In this document: piece by piece, positions 1 through 13,400 of the stretch
How the letters are laid out: each line of letters starts with the position of its first letter
Numbering within the stretch: position 1 is the first letter of the stretch
Assembly: GCA_030390025.1 (NCBI GenBank)
Contig: CM059432.1
Span: 90,398,001 to 90,462,000 of the forward strand
Source: Squalus acanthias
Taxonomy: Eukaryota
Length of the DNA stretch: 64,000 bases
Direction: 5' to 3'
The notes under the pieces: generated by a model
What the model was told of the DNA's origin: nothing
Seen by the model: the letters and a program-made list of their open reading frames with translations, nothing else
Database searches by the model: none
Translations under genes and position numbers: made by a program

Positions 1-2545
1 ATTATATTAGGAAAAAGAGGGTGGTTAGGAGCAATGTTGGCCCCTTGAAAACTGATATCGATAATATTGTCGATGATCAGGAAATGGCGGACATGTTGAA
101 TAATTACTTTGTCAGTATTTGCAGGAGAGGAAGAGGATAGCATGCCGAAAATCCCAAGGAAACTAATATTGAATCAGGTATAGGGACTCAATAAAATTAA
201 TGTAAGCAAAATAGCAGTAATGAAGATAATGGGGCAGGAATTCGGGTCTCCACGGGTGAGTACACGTTGCGTACTCACCCGTAGGGCCACCAGAAGTGCC
301 GGTTTCGCGCATGCACGGGAAACTGGAACTTCTGGTCTCGTGAAAGAAGGGGTTCGAGGGTCAACCGTGTGCGCCGTAGAGGCAGCGCGCACGCAGCGAA
401 CTTCGTTTTTTTTTCAGGTTTCTCCGTGAGGGTAAGTATGGAGAAGCTGCACAGGAAAAAAGGAGGCGCAAGGCCTGCTTTTAACAAGGTAAGTGGTGAA
501 TTAAATACAATTTAAACATTTTTTCAACAGGTTTATCTTTTTTACATAAAGGTAAGTTTATTTTTAGCACTGTTTAAAAAGTATAATTAATTTTTTCAAA
601 AATAAAAATTTTTGTTTAAAGTTAATTTATGTAATTTATAGTTATTTTAAAAATGTGATGTTTTTTAAATTTATTTGAAGTTTTAGTTAGGTTTTGGGGG
701 GTGATCTCTATTCATAGATTTGACAGGTCTTCCTGTCAAAATCTATGAATGGAGATTCCCTGCTCTGATTGTCTCTCCATGGCCCACGTGATCCCAGGGG
801 ACGCTTCGAACTAACTGCGCCCCTGGGATACGCAAGCACTGCGCGCCGTCAACTGCAGGAGGCCCAGGAGCTGAAGTCCACGTGGGCCCGAAGCACAACG
901 GCAGGCGCGGTAGGTAAGTACGCGCGCGATCCTTGCACCTGTGGGAAGCCGGAGAGCTGAATTTCTGGCCCAATAATGGTACTAAAAAGTGACAAATTCC
1001 CAGGACCAGATGGTTTCCATCCCAGGGTTTAAAGGAAGTAGGTGAGCACATTGCAGATGCCCTAACTATAATCTTCCAAAGTTCAGGAACCGTCCTTTTA
1101 GATTGGAAAATTGTGCATGCCACTCCGCTATTTAAGAATGGCGAGCGAGGGAAACTGGGGAATTATCGACCAGTTAGCCTAACATCTGTTGTTGGGAAAT
1201 TACTAGAGTCTATAATTAAGGATAGGATGACTGAACACCTTGAAAATTTTCAGATGATCAGAGAGAACCAGCATGGATTTGTAAAAGGTAGGTCATGCCT
1301 GACGAACCTGATTAAATTTTTTTGAAGAGGTGACTAAAGTAGTGGACAGGGGAATGTCTATGAATGTTATTTATATGGATTTCCAGAAGGCATTTGATAA
1401 AGTCCCTCATAAGAGACTGTTAACTAAGGTTGAAGCCCATGGAGTTGAAGGCAAAATATTGACCTGGTTAGGAAATTGGCTGAGCAGCAGGAGACAGAGA
1501 GTAGGGATAATGGGTAGGTACTCTAATTGGCAGGATGTGATTAGTGGTGTCCCGCAGGGATCTGTGTTGGTGCCTCAACTATTCACCGTATTTATTAACG
1601 ACTTGGATGATGGCATAGAAAGCCACATATCCAAATTTGCTGTTGACACAGATAGGTGGCATTGTAGGCAGTGTGGAAGAAAGCATAAAATTACAAAGTA
1701 ATATTGATAGATTAAGTGAATGGGTAAAACTGTGGCAAATGGATTTCAATGTAGGCAAATGTGAGGTCATCCACTTTGGACCTAAAAAGGATAGAACAGG
1801 GTACTTTCTAAATGGTGAAAAGCTTAAAAACAGTGGAAGGCCAAAGGGACTTGGGGATCAGGTACACAGATCATTAAAATGTCATGAACAGGTACAGAAA
1901 ATAATCAAAAAGTCTAATGAATGCTAGCCTTTATATCTAGAGGACCAGAATACAAGGGGATAGAAGTTATGCAGCAGCTATACAAAGCCCTGGTTAGACC
2001 ACAGCTGAAGTACTGTGAGCAATTCTGGGCACCACACTTTAGGAAGGATATATTGGCCTTGGAGGGAGTGCAGCGTAGGTTTACCAGAATAATACCTGTA
2101 CTCCAAGGGTTAAATTACGAGGAGAGATTACACAAACTAGGCTTGTAGTCCCTGGAATTTAGAAGGTTAAGGAGTGATTCGATCGAAGTTTTCAAGATAT
2201 TAAGGGGAACAGATAGGGTAGATAGAAACTATTTCTGCTGGTTGGGGAGTCAAGGACTAGGGGGCATAGTCTAAAAATTAGAGCCAGACTTTCAGGAGTG
2301 AAATTAGGAAACACCTCTACACACAAAGGGTGGCAGAAGTTTGGAACTCTCTTCCGCAAACGGCAATTGATGCTCGATCAATTGTTAATTTTAAATCTGA
2401 GATTGATAGATTTTTGTTATCCAAAGGTATTAAGGGATATGGCCAAAGGTGGGTATATGGAGTTCAGTCACAGATCAGCCATGATTCATTGAATGGTGGA
2501 ACAGGCTCAAGGGGCTAAATGGCTGACTCCCTTTTCTATTTTCCC
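1..2545 (+). mobile_element. CR1-group LINE (family A, HER1-like), degraded ORF2 RT region plus 3' UTR, interrupted by a MITE at 231-971
   Basis: Frameshifted ORF pieces with CR1 RT motifs ([52 protein letters not shown]); CR1-type 3' UTR near 2450-2545. Confidence 0.92.
231..971. mobile_element. PIF/Harbinger-type MITE (family H1)
   Basis: Termini GGGGCAGGAATTC / GAATTTCTGGCCC (imperfect TIR); AAT on both sides (228-230, 972-974); splits a CR1 frame; homologous inverted copy at 42728-43471. Confidence 0.85.
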
Positions 2546-2892
2546 ATAACTGTATGGGATCCTAGGTTTTATAACTAGGGACAAAGCACAAAATCAATAA
2601 TGGTAATGTGAAACCTATATAAATCATTGGTTAGGCCACAGTTAAAATATGTCCTACTTCAGGGAGGATATCAAGGCCATGGAGAGTGTAGAGAAGAGAT
2701 TTGCTAAGATAATAGGTTTAAAAGACTTCAGTTATGAGGCGCGACTAGAGAAACTGGGGCTTCTTTTATTAGACCAGAAAAAGATAAGAGAAGATCTGAT
2801 TATAAGTGTTTAAAATTTCTAATGTTTTATTGAAGTGTATAGGGACATGCTATTTCCACAGAACTAGAGGGCATAAATTTATAATCATAGCA

Positions 2893-4648
2893 AAAGTAAG
2901 CTTTGGTCCCTTAGAGGCTGAGACAGGTGAAATTATAACGGGGAATAAGGAAATGGCAGAGACTTTGAACAAATATTTTGTATCTGTCTTCACAGTAGAA
3001 GACACAAAAAGCATACTGAAAATAGTGGGGAACCAAGGGGCTAATAGTAATTACTTTCAGTTTCTCATTCTTGTCAGTAGAGAAAAAGTACTTGGAAAAA
3101 TTGATGGGACTAAAAGCCGACAAATCCCCTGGACTTGATGGCCTACATCCTAGGGTTCTAAAAGAGATGGATGCATTGGTTGTGATCTTCCAAAATTCCC
3201 TAGATTCTAGAACGGTCCCAACGGATTGTAAGGTAGCAAATGTAACCCCACTATTCAAGAAAGGAGGGGGAGAGAAAATGGGGAGCTGCAGGCCAGTTAG
3301 CCTGACATCAGTTGTCGGGGAAAATGCTGGAATCCATTATTAAGGAAGTGGTAACAGGGCAATTAGAAAATCATATGATTAGGCAAAGTCAGCATGGTTT
3401 TATGAAAGGGAAATCATGTTTAACAAATTTATTGGAGTCTTTTGAAGATGTAACTAGCAGGGTAGATAAAGGGGAACCAGTGGATGTAGTATATTTGGAT
3501 TTCCAAAAGGCATTCGATAAGGTGCCACGTAAAAGGTTGTTACGCAAGATAAGGGTTCATGGGGTTGGGGGTAATTGCATGGATAGAGGATTGGTTAACA
3601 AACAGAGTAGGGATAAACGGGTCATTTTCCAGTTGGCAGGCTGTAACTAGTGGGGTGCTGTAAGGATTAGTGCTTGGGCCTCCGCTATTTACAATCTATA
3701 TTAATGACTTGGATGAAGGGACCGAGTGCAATGTATCCAAGTTTGTTGACATAGAAAGCTAGGGGATAAGGTAAGCTGTGAGGAGGACACAAAGAGCCTG
3801 CAAAGGGATATACACACACGTTAAGTGAGTGGGCAATAAGGTGGCAGATGGAGTATAATGCAAGGTTATTCACTGGTAGGAAGAATAGAAAAACAATATT
3901 TTTTAAATGGTGAGAAATTATTAAATGTTGGTGTTTAGAGAGATTTAAGCGTCCACGCACAGGAAACACGGAGCGCTAGCATGCAGGTACAGCAAGCAAT
4001 TAAGATGGCAAATGGCATGTTAGCCTATATTGCAAGGTGGTTGGAGTACAAAAGTAAGGAAGTCTTACTACAATTGTACAGGGCTTTGGTGAGACCACAC
4101 TGGGAGTACTGTGCACAGTTTTGGTCTCCTTATCTGAGAAAGGACGTACATGCCTTGGAGGCGGTGAAACGAAGGTTCACGAGATTGATCCCTGGGATGA
4201 GAGGGTTGTCCTATGAGGAGAGATTGATTAGATTGGGCCTATACTCTCTGGCGTTCAGAAGAATGAGAGATGATCTCACTGAAACATAGATGATTCTGAG
4301 GGGGATTGACAGGGTAGATGCTGAGGTTGTTTCCCCTGGGTAGAGTCTAGAACTAGGGGGTATAATCTCTGGATAAGGGGTCGACCATTTAAGACTGAGA
4401 TGAGGAGGAATTTCTTCACTCAGGATTGTGAATCTTTGGAATTCTCTACCCCAAAGGGTTGTAGATGCTGAGTCATTGAGTATATTCAAGGCTGCGATAG
4501 ATAGATTTTTGGACTCATGGGGAAGCAAGGGATATGGGGATCGGGCAGGTAAGTGGAGTTGAGATCGATGATCAGCCATGATCTTATTGAATGGCGGTGC
4601 AAACTCGCAGGGCCGTATGGCCTACTCCTGCTCCTAGTTCTTATGTTT
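2893..4648 (+). mobile_element. 5'-truncated CR1 LINE (family A) nested in an older CR1 fragment (about 2548-2890 and 4650-4830)
   Basis: RT ORF fragments ([30 protein letters not shown]); 3' tail cctactcctgctcctagttcttatgtt. Confidence 0.9.
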
Positions 4649-5069
4649 TTAATGCTAAAAGAACAAAGGAAGAGATTAGAAGAATTTGTTTTCTGAAGCG
4701 GGTTGTTAGGACGTGGCATGTCCCATCAGAAATAGTGGAGGCAAAATTTATAAAAGCATTTAAAAGGGAAGTGGATAAATATTTGCAATAGAAAAGAAAA
4801 TGTGGTAGGGTAGGGGATTAGGTCTTAGGAAAAACAAATCGTAATATTTTCTTAATGGTGAGAGTCCAGGAGCAGCAAAGGGATTTTAATGTCTATGTAC
4901 ACAAATAACAAAGCTAGTGCACAGGTATAAAATTAAATCAACAAGGCTAATAGAATGTTAGCTTATCTCATACTTGATCAGACTCAATCTGGAATACTGT
5001 GTTCAGTTTTGGGCACTGCACCTTGGGGGAAATATAGATTGGCCTTGTAAGGGGTATAGTGTGTAAATG

Positions 5070-7330
5070 CATGAAGCATGGTAAATAAGGTTGGTGAGCT
5101 GCAGGTGCAAATAGCTTCATGGGAATATGATGTTGTGGCAATGAGACCTGGCTTAAAAAAGGACAGGATTGGGTATTAAATATTCCTGAATATAAGGTGT
5201 TCAAGAAAGAGAGGGAAGGAAAGAAAGGAGGTGGGGTGGCAGTATTGTTAAGGAGAATGTTCCAGTGCTGGCGAGAGAGGATGTCCTGGAGGGGTCAAGG
5301 ACAGAATCTATTTGGTTAGAGTTTAGAAACAATAGACGTGCCATTATGCTACTAGATGCATTCTATAGGCTACCAACTAGTGGGAAGGATCTAGAGGAGC
5401 AAACTTGCAGGGAAATTGGAGAGGTGCAAGAACTATAGAGTAGTGATAATGGGGGACTTCAACTATCCTATCTAGACTGGGATAGTAATAGTGTAAAGGG
5501 CAAAGAGGGAGAAGAATTTCTGAAGTGTGTTCAGGAGAACTTTCTTGATCAGTATGTTTCCGGCCCAACGAGGAAGGAAGCATTGCTGGATCTGGTTCTG
5601 GGGAATGAGGTGGGGCAAGTGTCAGTAGGGGAACATTTAGGGAACAGTGATCATAGTATCATAAGGTTTAGATTAGTTATGGAAAAGGACAGGGAGCAAT
5701 CTAGAGTAAAAATACTTAATTGGAGGAAGGCAAATTTTAGTGAGATGAGAACGGATCTGGCCCAGGTAAATTGGAATCAAAGATTGGCAGGCAAAACTGT
5801 ATTCGAACAATGAGCGGCCTTTGACGAGGAGATGGTTCGGGTACAGCCGAGATACATTCCCACGAGGGGGAAAGGTAGGGCAACCAAAGCCAGAGCTCCC
5901 TGGATGACGAAAGAGATAGATGAGTAAGATGAAGCAGAAAAAAGCACGTATGACAGATGTCTGGTTGAGAATACAAGTGAGAATCAGGCTGAATATAGAA
6001 AGTTCAGAGCAGAAGTAAAAAAGAAAATAAAAGGGGCAAAGAGATTATGAGAATAGATTGGCAGCTTACATAATTCTGTCGGCATATAAATAGTAAACGG
6101 GTAGTAAGAGGAGGTAAGGGACCAAAAAGGAGAGCTATGCATGGAGGCAGAGGGCATGGCTGAGGCACTAAATGAATACTTTGTATCTGTCTTCACCAAA
6201 GAAGAAGAAGCTGCCAAAGTAATAATGAAAGAGGAGGTAATGGAGATACTGGATGGGATAAAAATTGATAGAGGAGGTACTAGAAAGGCTGGCTGTACTT
6301 TAAAGTAGATAAGTCACCAGGATCAAATGGGATGCATTCTAGGATGCTGAGGGAAGTGAGGGTGGAAACCGCAGAGGTACTGGCCATAAATTTCCAATCC
6401 TCCTCAGTTACAGGAGTGGTGCCAGAAGACTGGAGAATTGCGAATGTTACACCATAGTTCAAAAAAGGGTGTAAGGATAAACCCAGGAACTACAGGCTAG
6501 TCAGTTTAGCTTCGGTCGTGGGGAAGCTTTTAGAAACGATAATCCGGGACAACATTAACAGTCACTTGGACAAGTGTGGATTAGTTAAGGAAAGCCAGCA
6601 CGGATTTGTTAAAGGCAAATCGTGTTTAACTAACTTGATTGAGTTTTTTGATGAGGTAACAGACAGGGTTGATGAGGGCAATGCGGTTGACGTGGTGCAC
6701 ATGTACTTACAAAAGGCGTTTGATAAAGTGCCACGTAATAGGCTTGCCAGCAAAGTTGAAGCCCATGGAATAAAAGGGACAGTGGCAGCATGGATACAAA
6801 ATTGGCTAAGTGACCGGAAACAGATAGTAGTGGTGAACGATTGTTTTTCAGACTGGAGGAAGGTACACAGTGGTGTTCCCCCCCCAGGGGTCGGTACTAG
6901 GACCACTGCTTTTCTGACTTGGGTGTACAGGGCACAATTTCAAAATTTGCAGTTGACACAAAATTTGGAAGTATAGTGAACAGTGAGGATGATATTGATA
7001 GACTTCATGAAGACCTAGACAGGCTGGTGAAATGGATGGAAATGTGGCAGATGAATTTAATGCAGAAAAATGTAAAGTGATACATTTTGGTAGGAAGAAC
7101 AAGGAGAGGCAATATAAACTAAAGGGTACAATCCTAAAAGGGGTGCATGAACAGAGAGACCTGGGGGTATATGTGCACAAATTGTTGAACGTGGCAGGCC
7201 AGGTTGAGAAAGCGGTTAAAAAAAGCAGACAGGATCCTGGGCTTCATAAATAGAGGCATAGAGTACAAAAGCAAGGAAGTTATGATGAACCTTTTATAAA
7301 ACACTGGCTTGGTCTCAACTGGAGTATTAT
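5070..7330 (+). mobile_element. CR1 LINE ORF2 remnant (APE endonuclease to RT)
   Basis: VIMGDFNYP-like, LDLVLGNE, GNSDHS and [14 protein letters not shown] motifs in frameshifted pieces. Confidence 0.88.
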
Positions 7331-7339
7331 AGCAAATTA

Positions 7340-7710
7340 AATACTTTCTGAAGTTACCGATGTAATGTAGGAAACGCAGCAGCAAATTTGTGCACAGCAT
7401 GGTTCTGCAAACAGTAATATGATAATGACCAGAATTTTTTTTTAGTGATGTTGATTGAGGGATAAATATTTGCCAGGGTGACCTCCCTTGCTCTTCGAAA
7501 AAGTGTCATGGAATCTTTTACGTTCACATGAGAGGGCAGACGGGGCCTTGGTTTAACGTCACATCTGAAAGATGGCACCTCCGACAGTGCAGCACTCCCT
7601 CAGTACTGCACTGAAGTGTCGGTCTAGATTTTTGTTCAGGTCTCTGGGGTGGTACTTGAACCCACAACCTTCTGACTCCGAGGCGAGAGTGCTGCCATTG
7701 AGCCACAGCA
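7340..7710 (-). mobile_element. tRNA-derived Deu-domain SINE (SacSINE1-like)
   Basis: Minus strand head with Pol III A box (TGGCTCAATGG) and B box (GGTTCAAGTACC), then the core ggagtgctgcactgtcggaggtgccatctttcagatgtgacgttaaacc. Confidence 0.82.
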
Positions 7711-7715
7711 TTAAC

Positions 7716-7851
7716 ATTTTAAATGGGCCTAGCACTGGACCCAGAGCCATTCCAAGCATTGCCGCAGCAATGGGGAGGTAGGTCTTCGCCCACTGTTTTT
7801 GGGGCGTTTACAAACTGTTTCCGCTGGGCTGGAGGCCTAAAAATTCAGCCC
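7716..7851. mobile_element. Partial Harbinger-type MITE end
   Basis: GC-rich segment ending AAAATTCAGCCC, resembling the other GGGC..AATT termini; other end not found. Confidence 0.4.
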
Positions 7852-8133
7852 TATGTTCCTGTGGATAGCTATTTGAGAATTGGCAAACGCATGATGGACT
7901 GAATTGCCGCCTTTTGTGCTGTATGATTCTAAGTTGCTGGACCCACAAAAGTAACAGACCCAAAGCAGAAGAACCTTTTGTGAGAAAATTTTAATTATCG
8001 GTCTTTAATTACAATTCTACACCTATTGTCAACAATTTCAGTACATGATGGACATATACATGATACAAAGGAAGTTTTGGAGTTTCAGCAAAGCAAAATA
8101 GAGTATTGACTCCAGTATCTTTATATTTGACAG

Positions 8134-8265
8134 GAACAACAGTTGAAATGGGAAGCTTCTAAGGAAGAAACTGGTCATCTACACAGAGAAAACCTGGACC
8201 TAAAAATTGATCTCAACACTCTGGTTGGTGTCATCCAGCAAGCTGAAATAATGCAGAAATTTGAT
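8134..8265 (+). CDS. Candidate internal exon of an unidentified coiled-coil protein gene (EQQLKWEASKEETGHLHRENLDLKIDLNTLVGVIQQAEIMQKFD)
   Basis: Non-repeat sequence; acceptor tctttatatttgacAG, donor GTaggt; 132 nt open, phase 0/0; heptad-like peptide. A longer version from the AG at 8040-8041 has two in-frame TGA. Confidence 0.5.
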
Positions 8266-8324
8266 GTAGGTGAATTTTTTATTACTCTTGGCATCTAAAT
8301 TTCACATGATTTTAGAACCATAGA

Positions 8325-8900
8325 ATTATACCACACAGGAGGTAATTTGGCCCATTGTGTCTGTGCTGGCTCTTTGTTACAGCAACCCAAAACTATTCTC
8401 ACTGCATTGTTCTGTTCCCATAGCCTTGTACATTCCTCTGGCTCAAATATTTATCTATATTTCCCTTTGGAAGGTGCAAAGATCTCTGCCTCAACTACTC
8501 TGTGGCAAAGCATTCTATACTTCAATTGTCCATGAAAAGAAATTTCTCCTAACCTCCCTCCTCACTTTCTTTGTTATAATTTTAAAATGATAACCTCTCA
8601 TTATTGACTATGCAACAAGAGGAAAAAGGTCTTTCCCTATTCACTTTCTTAATTTTAAAAGCTCCATTAAATCTCCTCTTAGTCCCAGTGTATATAGTCC
8701 TAGAATCTCAAGTGTCTCCTCATAACCAATTTTCTACCCCTTGCATAATCCTGGTGGATATGTGCTGTATGCTCCCTGTGGCTTTAATATCCTTTCTATA
8801 ATGGGACTGCACACAGCACTCTAATTGTGGCCTAACCAATGTATAAATTCATCATTACTTCTTTGTCCCTATTTATAAAACCACACTTCTATTGGCTATT
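8325..8900 (-). mobile_element. Old CR1 3' end fragment
   Basis: Starts with a tagaaccatagaa-type tail and degenerate reverse-strand CR1 C-terminal sequence. Confidence 0.55.
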
Positions 8901-8904
8901 TTTA

Positions 8905-9105
8905 AAGAAAAAGAAAGCAAAACTTGCATTTATATAGCACCTTTTCATGACCACCAGACATCCCAAAGCGCTTTACAGCCAATGAAGTACTGTTGGAGTG
9001 TAGTTACTGTTGTAATGTAGGAAACGCAGCAGCCAATTTGCGCACAGCAAGCTCCCACAAACAGCAATGTGATAATGACCAGATAATCTGTTTTAGTGAT
9101 GTTCG
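8905..9105 (-). mobile_element. Deu-domain SINE, 3' half
   Basis: aaacttgcatttatatagcacc...aaagcgctttacagccaatgaagtac...gtaggaaacgcagcagccaatttgcgcacagcaagctccc, same family as 7340-7710. Confidence 0.8.
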
Positions 9106-9554
9106 AGCTTTATCTACATTGATTTTCACTTTGAAGGAATCATGTATTTAAATTCCCAGGTTTCTGTTCATCCACACCCTTCTATTTAGTGTATACAACC
9201 CATTGCTAGTTTTTTTTTCTTCTCCAAAAATGTATTGCCTCACAGTTATTTACATTAAATTGCATCTGTCACCTGCCTGCCCATTCCATTAAATGGTCCT
9301 TGTCATCCTGAAGTCTTTTACTGGCCTCCTCACTGTTTGCCAAACCTCTTACTTCTGTATTGATAGCATATCATCTATATATGTTGTGAACAAAAGTGGA
9401 CTCCACTGACTTTTCGGGTACACCACTTCCAACCCTTCTCCAGTCCGAGCAACTCCCATTTACCCTAACTTCTTTATTCCTTTCCAAACCTTTTTATTGT
9501 TTGCGTTTGACTTTTACCACCTGCTCATCACCAGAAATATCTCCACAGCCCTAT

Positions 9555-9668
9555 TGTTTCCCACACTACAACAGTGACTACACTCCAAAAGTATTTAATT
9601 GGCTGTAAAGTGCTTTGAGACGTTCGGTGGTCATGAAAGGCGCTATATAAATGCAAGTCTTTCTTTCA
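9555..9668 (+). mobile_element. Deu-domain SINE 3' tail
   Basis: acaacagtgactacactc...aaaggcgctatataaatgcaagtctttctttc. Confidence 0.75.
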
Positions 9669-9724
9669 GTTGCTCCCCTCAATTTTGTAGCTCCCCACAA
9701 CTCCACCCAAAGTCTCTGACCTAC

Positions 9725-10430
9725 CCCGAGCCAGACACCGAGCCATATAAGGAGATGCTAGGGCAGATGACCAAAAGCTTGGTCAAAGAGGCAGGTTTTA
9801 GGAAGAGTCTTAAAGGAGGAAAAAGAAGTGGAGAGGTGGAGAGATTTAGGGAGGGAATGCCAGAGCTTGGGACCGAGGCAGCTGAAGGCATGACTGCCAT
9901 TGGTGGAGCAATTAAAATCGGGTGTTCAAAAGGCCAGAATAGGCAGAGCGCAGAAGTCTAGGGGGATTATAGGGCTGGAGATTACAGACAAAAGTAGGTG
10001 AGGTCATGGAGGGATTTGAAAACAATTTTAAAATCAAGGCATTGCTTAACTAGGAGCAGTGGAGCTCAGCAAGCACAGGGGAGATGAGAGAGCAGGACTT
10101 GGTGCGAGTTAGCACAGGGGTGGCAGAGTTTTGAATGACCTCTAGTTTATGGAGGGTAGAACCAGGGAGGCCAGCCTGGAGTGCATTGGAATAGTCAATT
10201 CCAGAGGCATGGATGAGAATTTTGGCAGCAGATAAGTTGAGGTAAGGGTGGAGACGGGTGATATTACAAAGGTGGAAATGGGCCGTCTTAGTGATCGAAT
10301 GGATATGAGGTAGGAAACTCAATTCATGACCAAATATGACAGTTGCCGGGCAGAGAGATTGAATCAGTGGGAAGAGAACGGACTTTGTGGCGTGAAGTGA
10401 AGACGGTGGCTTTGGTCTTCCCGATATTTA
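9725..10430 (-). mobile_element. L2 LINE RT C-terminal fragment
   Basis: ORF 10050..10322: HFHLCNITRLHPYL..IDYSNALQAGLP..LHKLEVIQNSA..LTRTK, typical L2 ORF2 C-terminus. Confidence 0.8.
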
Positions 10431-10452
10431 AATATATATTTCACATCCTTAG

Positions 10453-13400
10453 AGGAGTCCCCTGAGCCCATCTTGCTCACCAACCAGTATTCGGTGCTGA
10501 GTACTGGTGAGGGCAATGGTTCCTCTGGGGAGTGCAGCCAGCGCCAAATCCACAGCACCATGGAAGGCTCAGCTGCACAGCCGGGGCGGGGGGGGGAAGC
10601 AGCAATCGTGATAGGGGATTCAATAGTTAGGGGAGCACACAGGTGTTTCTGCGGCTGCAGACGTGACTCCAGGATGGTATGTTGCCTCCCTGGTTCCAGG
10701 GTCAAGGATGTCACTGAATGGCTGCAGGGCATTCTGAGGGGGGGGGAGGGTGAACAGCCAGAGGTCGTGGTCCATATCGGTACCAACGACCGGTAGGAAG
10801 AGGGATGAGGTCCTGCAGGCAGAGTTTAGGGAGCTAGGAAAGAGGTTAAAAAGCAGGACCTCAAAGGTAATAATCTCCGGATTACTACCAGTGCCACGTG
10901 CTAGTGAGTACAGAAATAGGAAGATAGAGCAGATGAATGTGTGGGTGGAGAGATGGTGTAGGAGGGAGGGCTTTAGATTCCTGAGGAATTGGAACCGTTT
11001 CTAGGGGAGGTGAGACCTCTGCAAGCCAGACGGGTTGCACCTCCACGGGAACGGGACCAATATCCTCGCAGGAGGGTTTGCTAGTGCTGTTGGGGAGGGT
11101 TTAAACTAGCTTGGCAGGGGGATGGGAACCTAAGTATAGAGTCAATAGGGAGGGAAGAAAAACTGGAATTGGAAAACAAAAACGTAGAAAGTAAATTGGA
11201 AGGACAGAGGAATCAAGGGCTAGATAGTAGTCAACAATGAGGTTTGCCTGTACTAAATGGTATATACCTGTACTTCAATGCAAGGAGTATAGCGAACAAG
11301 GCAGATGAGCTGAGGGCACAAGTAGATACTTGGGACTATGATATTATAGCTATTACAGAGATGTGGCTGAAAGAGGGGCAGGTATGGCAGCTCAACATTC
11401 CTGGTTACAGGATTTTCGGACGGGATAGAGAGGGAGGTAAAAAGGGAGGGGGGGCTGCGGTATTGATTAAAGAAACTATTACAGCTGTGAGGAGGGATGA
11501 TATGTTGAAGGGATCATCAAACGAGGCCTTAAGGGTTGAATTGAAAAGCAAAAAAGGGGCGATCACACTGCTGGAAGTGTACTACAGACCCCCAAACAGT
11601 GAGAGGGAGATAGAAGAACAAATATGTAGACAAATTTCTAAGTGCGAAAACTATAAGGCAGTAATAGTAGGGGATTTCAACTACCCCAATATTAACTGGG
11701 ATAAAATTAGTGCGAAGGGTATAGAGGGTGCGGAATTCCTAAAATGCATCCAGAAGAACTTTTTTAGCCAGTATGTAGCAAGCCCAACAAGGGAGGGGGC
11801 GGTTCTGAACTTAGTTTTAGGGAATGAAGCTGGGCAGGTAGAAGGCGTACCAGTGGGGGAGCATTTTGGTGCTAGTGACCATAATTCAGTTAGATTTAAG
11901 GTAGTTATGGAAAAGGACAGGAATAGACCAGGAATAAAAATTCTAAATTGGGGAAAAGTGAATTTTGCTAAGCTCAGAGGGGATTTAGCCATACTGGACT
12001 GGAAACAGCTACTTGAAGGTAAATCAGTGTCAGAGCAGTGGGAGGCATTCAAGGAGGAGATCTGGAGGGTTCAGACCAAATATGTGCCCTTAAAGAAAAA
12101 AGGTGTGACTTACAAATCTAGAGCCCCCTGGATGTCTAGGGACATACAAGGTAGGATAAAAGAAAAAAAGGGAGGCGTATAACCGATACCGAGGGCTAAA
12201 TACTCCAGAATCTTTAGAGGAGTACAGAAAGTGCAGGGGTGCAATTAAAAAGGATATTAGGAAAGCAAAGAGAGAGCATGGAAAAATTCTTGGCAAGTAA
12301 AATCGAGGAAAACCCAAAGATGTTTTATAAATACATCAAGAGTAAGAGGATAACTAAAGAAAAGGTAGGGCCTATTCGAGATCATGAGGGTAATCTGTGT
12401 GTGGAGGTGGGAGACGTCGGTAGGGTTCTTAATGAATACTTTGCATCTGTTTTCACAAAGGAGAGGGGCGAAGCAGACATTGCTATCGGGGGAGGAGTGT
12501 GAAATATTAGATGAAATAAACATAGTGAGAGAGGAAGTATTAAGGGGCGAAGCAGCTTTAAAAGTGGATAAATCCCCAGGCCCGGATGAAATGTTTCCGA
12601 GGCTGTTAAGCGAAGCAAAAGAGGAAATAGCAGAGGCTCTGACCATCATTTTTCAATCCTCTCTGGCTTCAGGTGTGGTGCCGGAGGACTGCTAATGTGG
12701 TACCCTTGTTTAAAAAGGGAGAAAAGGATAGACCGAGTAATTACAGGCCAGTCAGCCTAACCTCGGTGGTGGGAAAATTATTGGAAAGAATTCTGAAGGA
12801 CAGGATAAATCTTCATTTAGAAAGACACGGATTAATCAAGGATAGTCAGCACGAATTTGTTAAGGGAAGGTCGTGTCTGACAAACTTGATTGAATTTTTT
12901 GAGGAGGTAACAAGGAGGGTAGATGAGGGTAGGGAATTTGATGTAGTGTATATGGACTTTAGCAAGGCTTTTGATAAGGCTCCACATGGCAGACTGGTCA
13001 CGAAGTTAAAAGCCCATGGGATCCAGGGCAAAGTGTCAAGTTGGATTCAAAACTGGCTCGGAGACAGGAAGCAGAGGGTAATGGTACTAGGTCCCTTGCT
13101 TTCTGTGGTATATATCAATGATCTAGACTTGAATATAGGGGGTATGATTAAGAAGTTTGCAGATGATACTAAAATCGGCTGTATGGTTGATACTGAAGAA
13201 GGAAGCTGTGGACTGCAGGAAGATATCAATAAATTGGTCAGATGGGCAGAACAGTGGCAAATGGAATTCAATCCGGAGAAGTGTGAGGTAATGCATTTGG
13301 GGAGGGCTAACAAGGAAAGGGAATACACGTTAAATGGTAGGACACTGAGTAGTGTAGAGGAACAAAGGGACCTTGGAGTGCATGTCCACAGATCCCTGAA

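Noticed and set aside
7640..7710. tRNA gene
   Set aside because: The A/B boxes are the head of a SINE and continue directly into the Deu-domain core
8042..8133. Selenoprotein or TGA read-through interpretation of the in-frame TGAs
   Set aside because: No SECIS recognised, the context is coiled-coil rather than redox, and an alternative acceptor at 8133 or simple decay explains them
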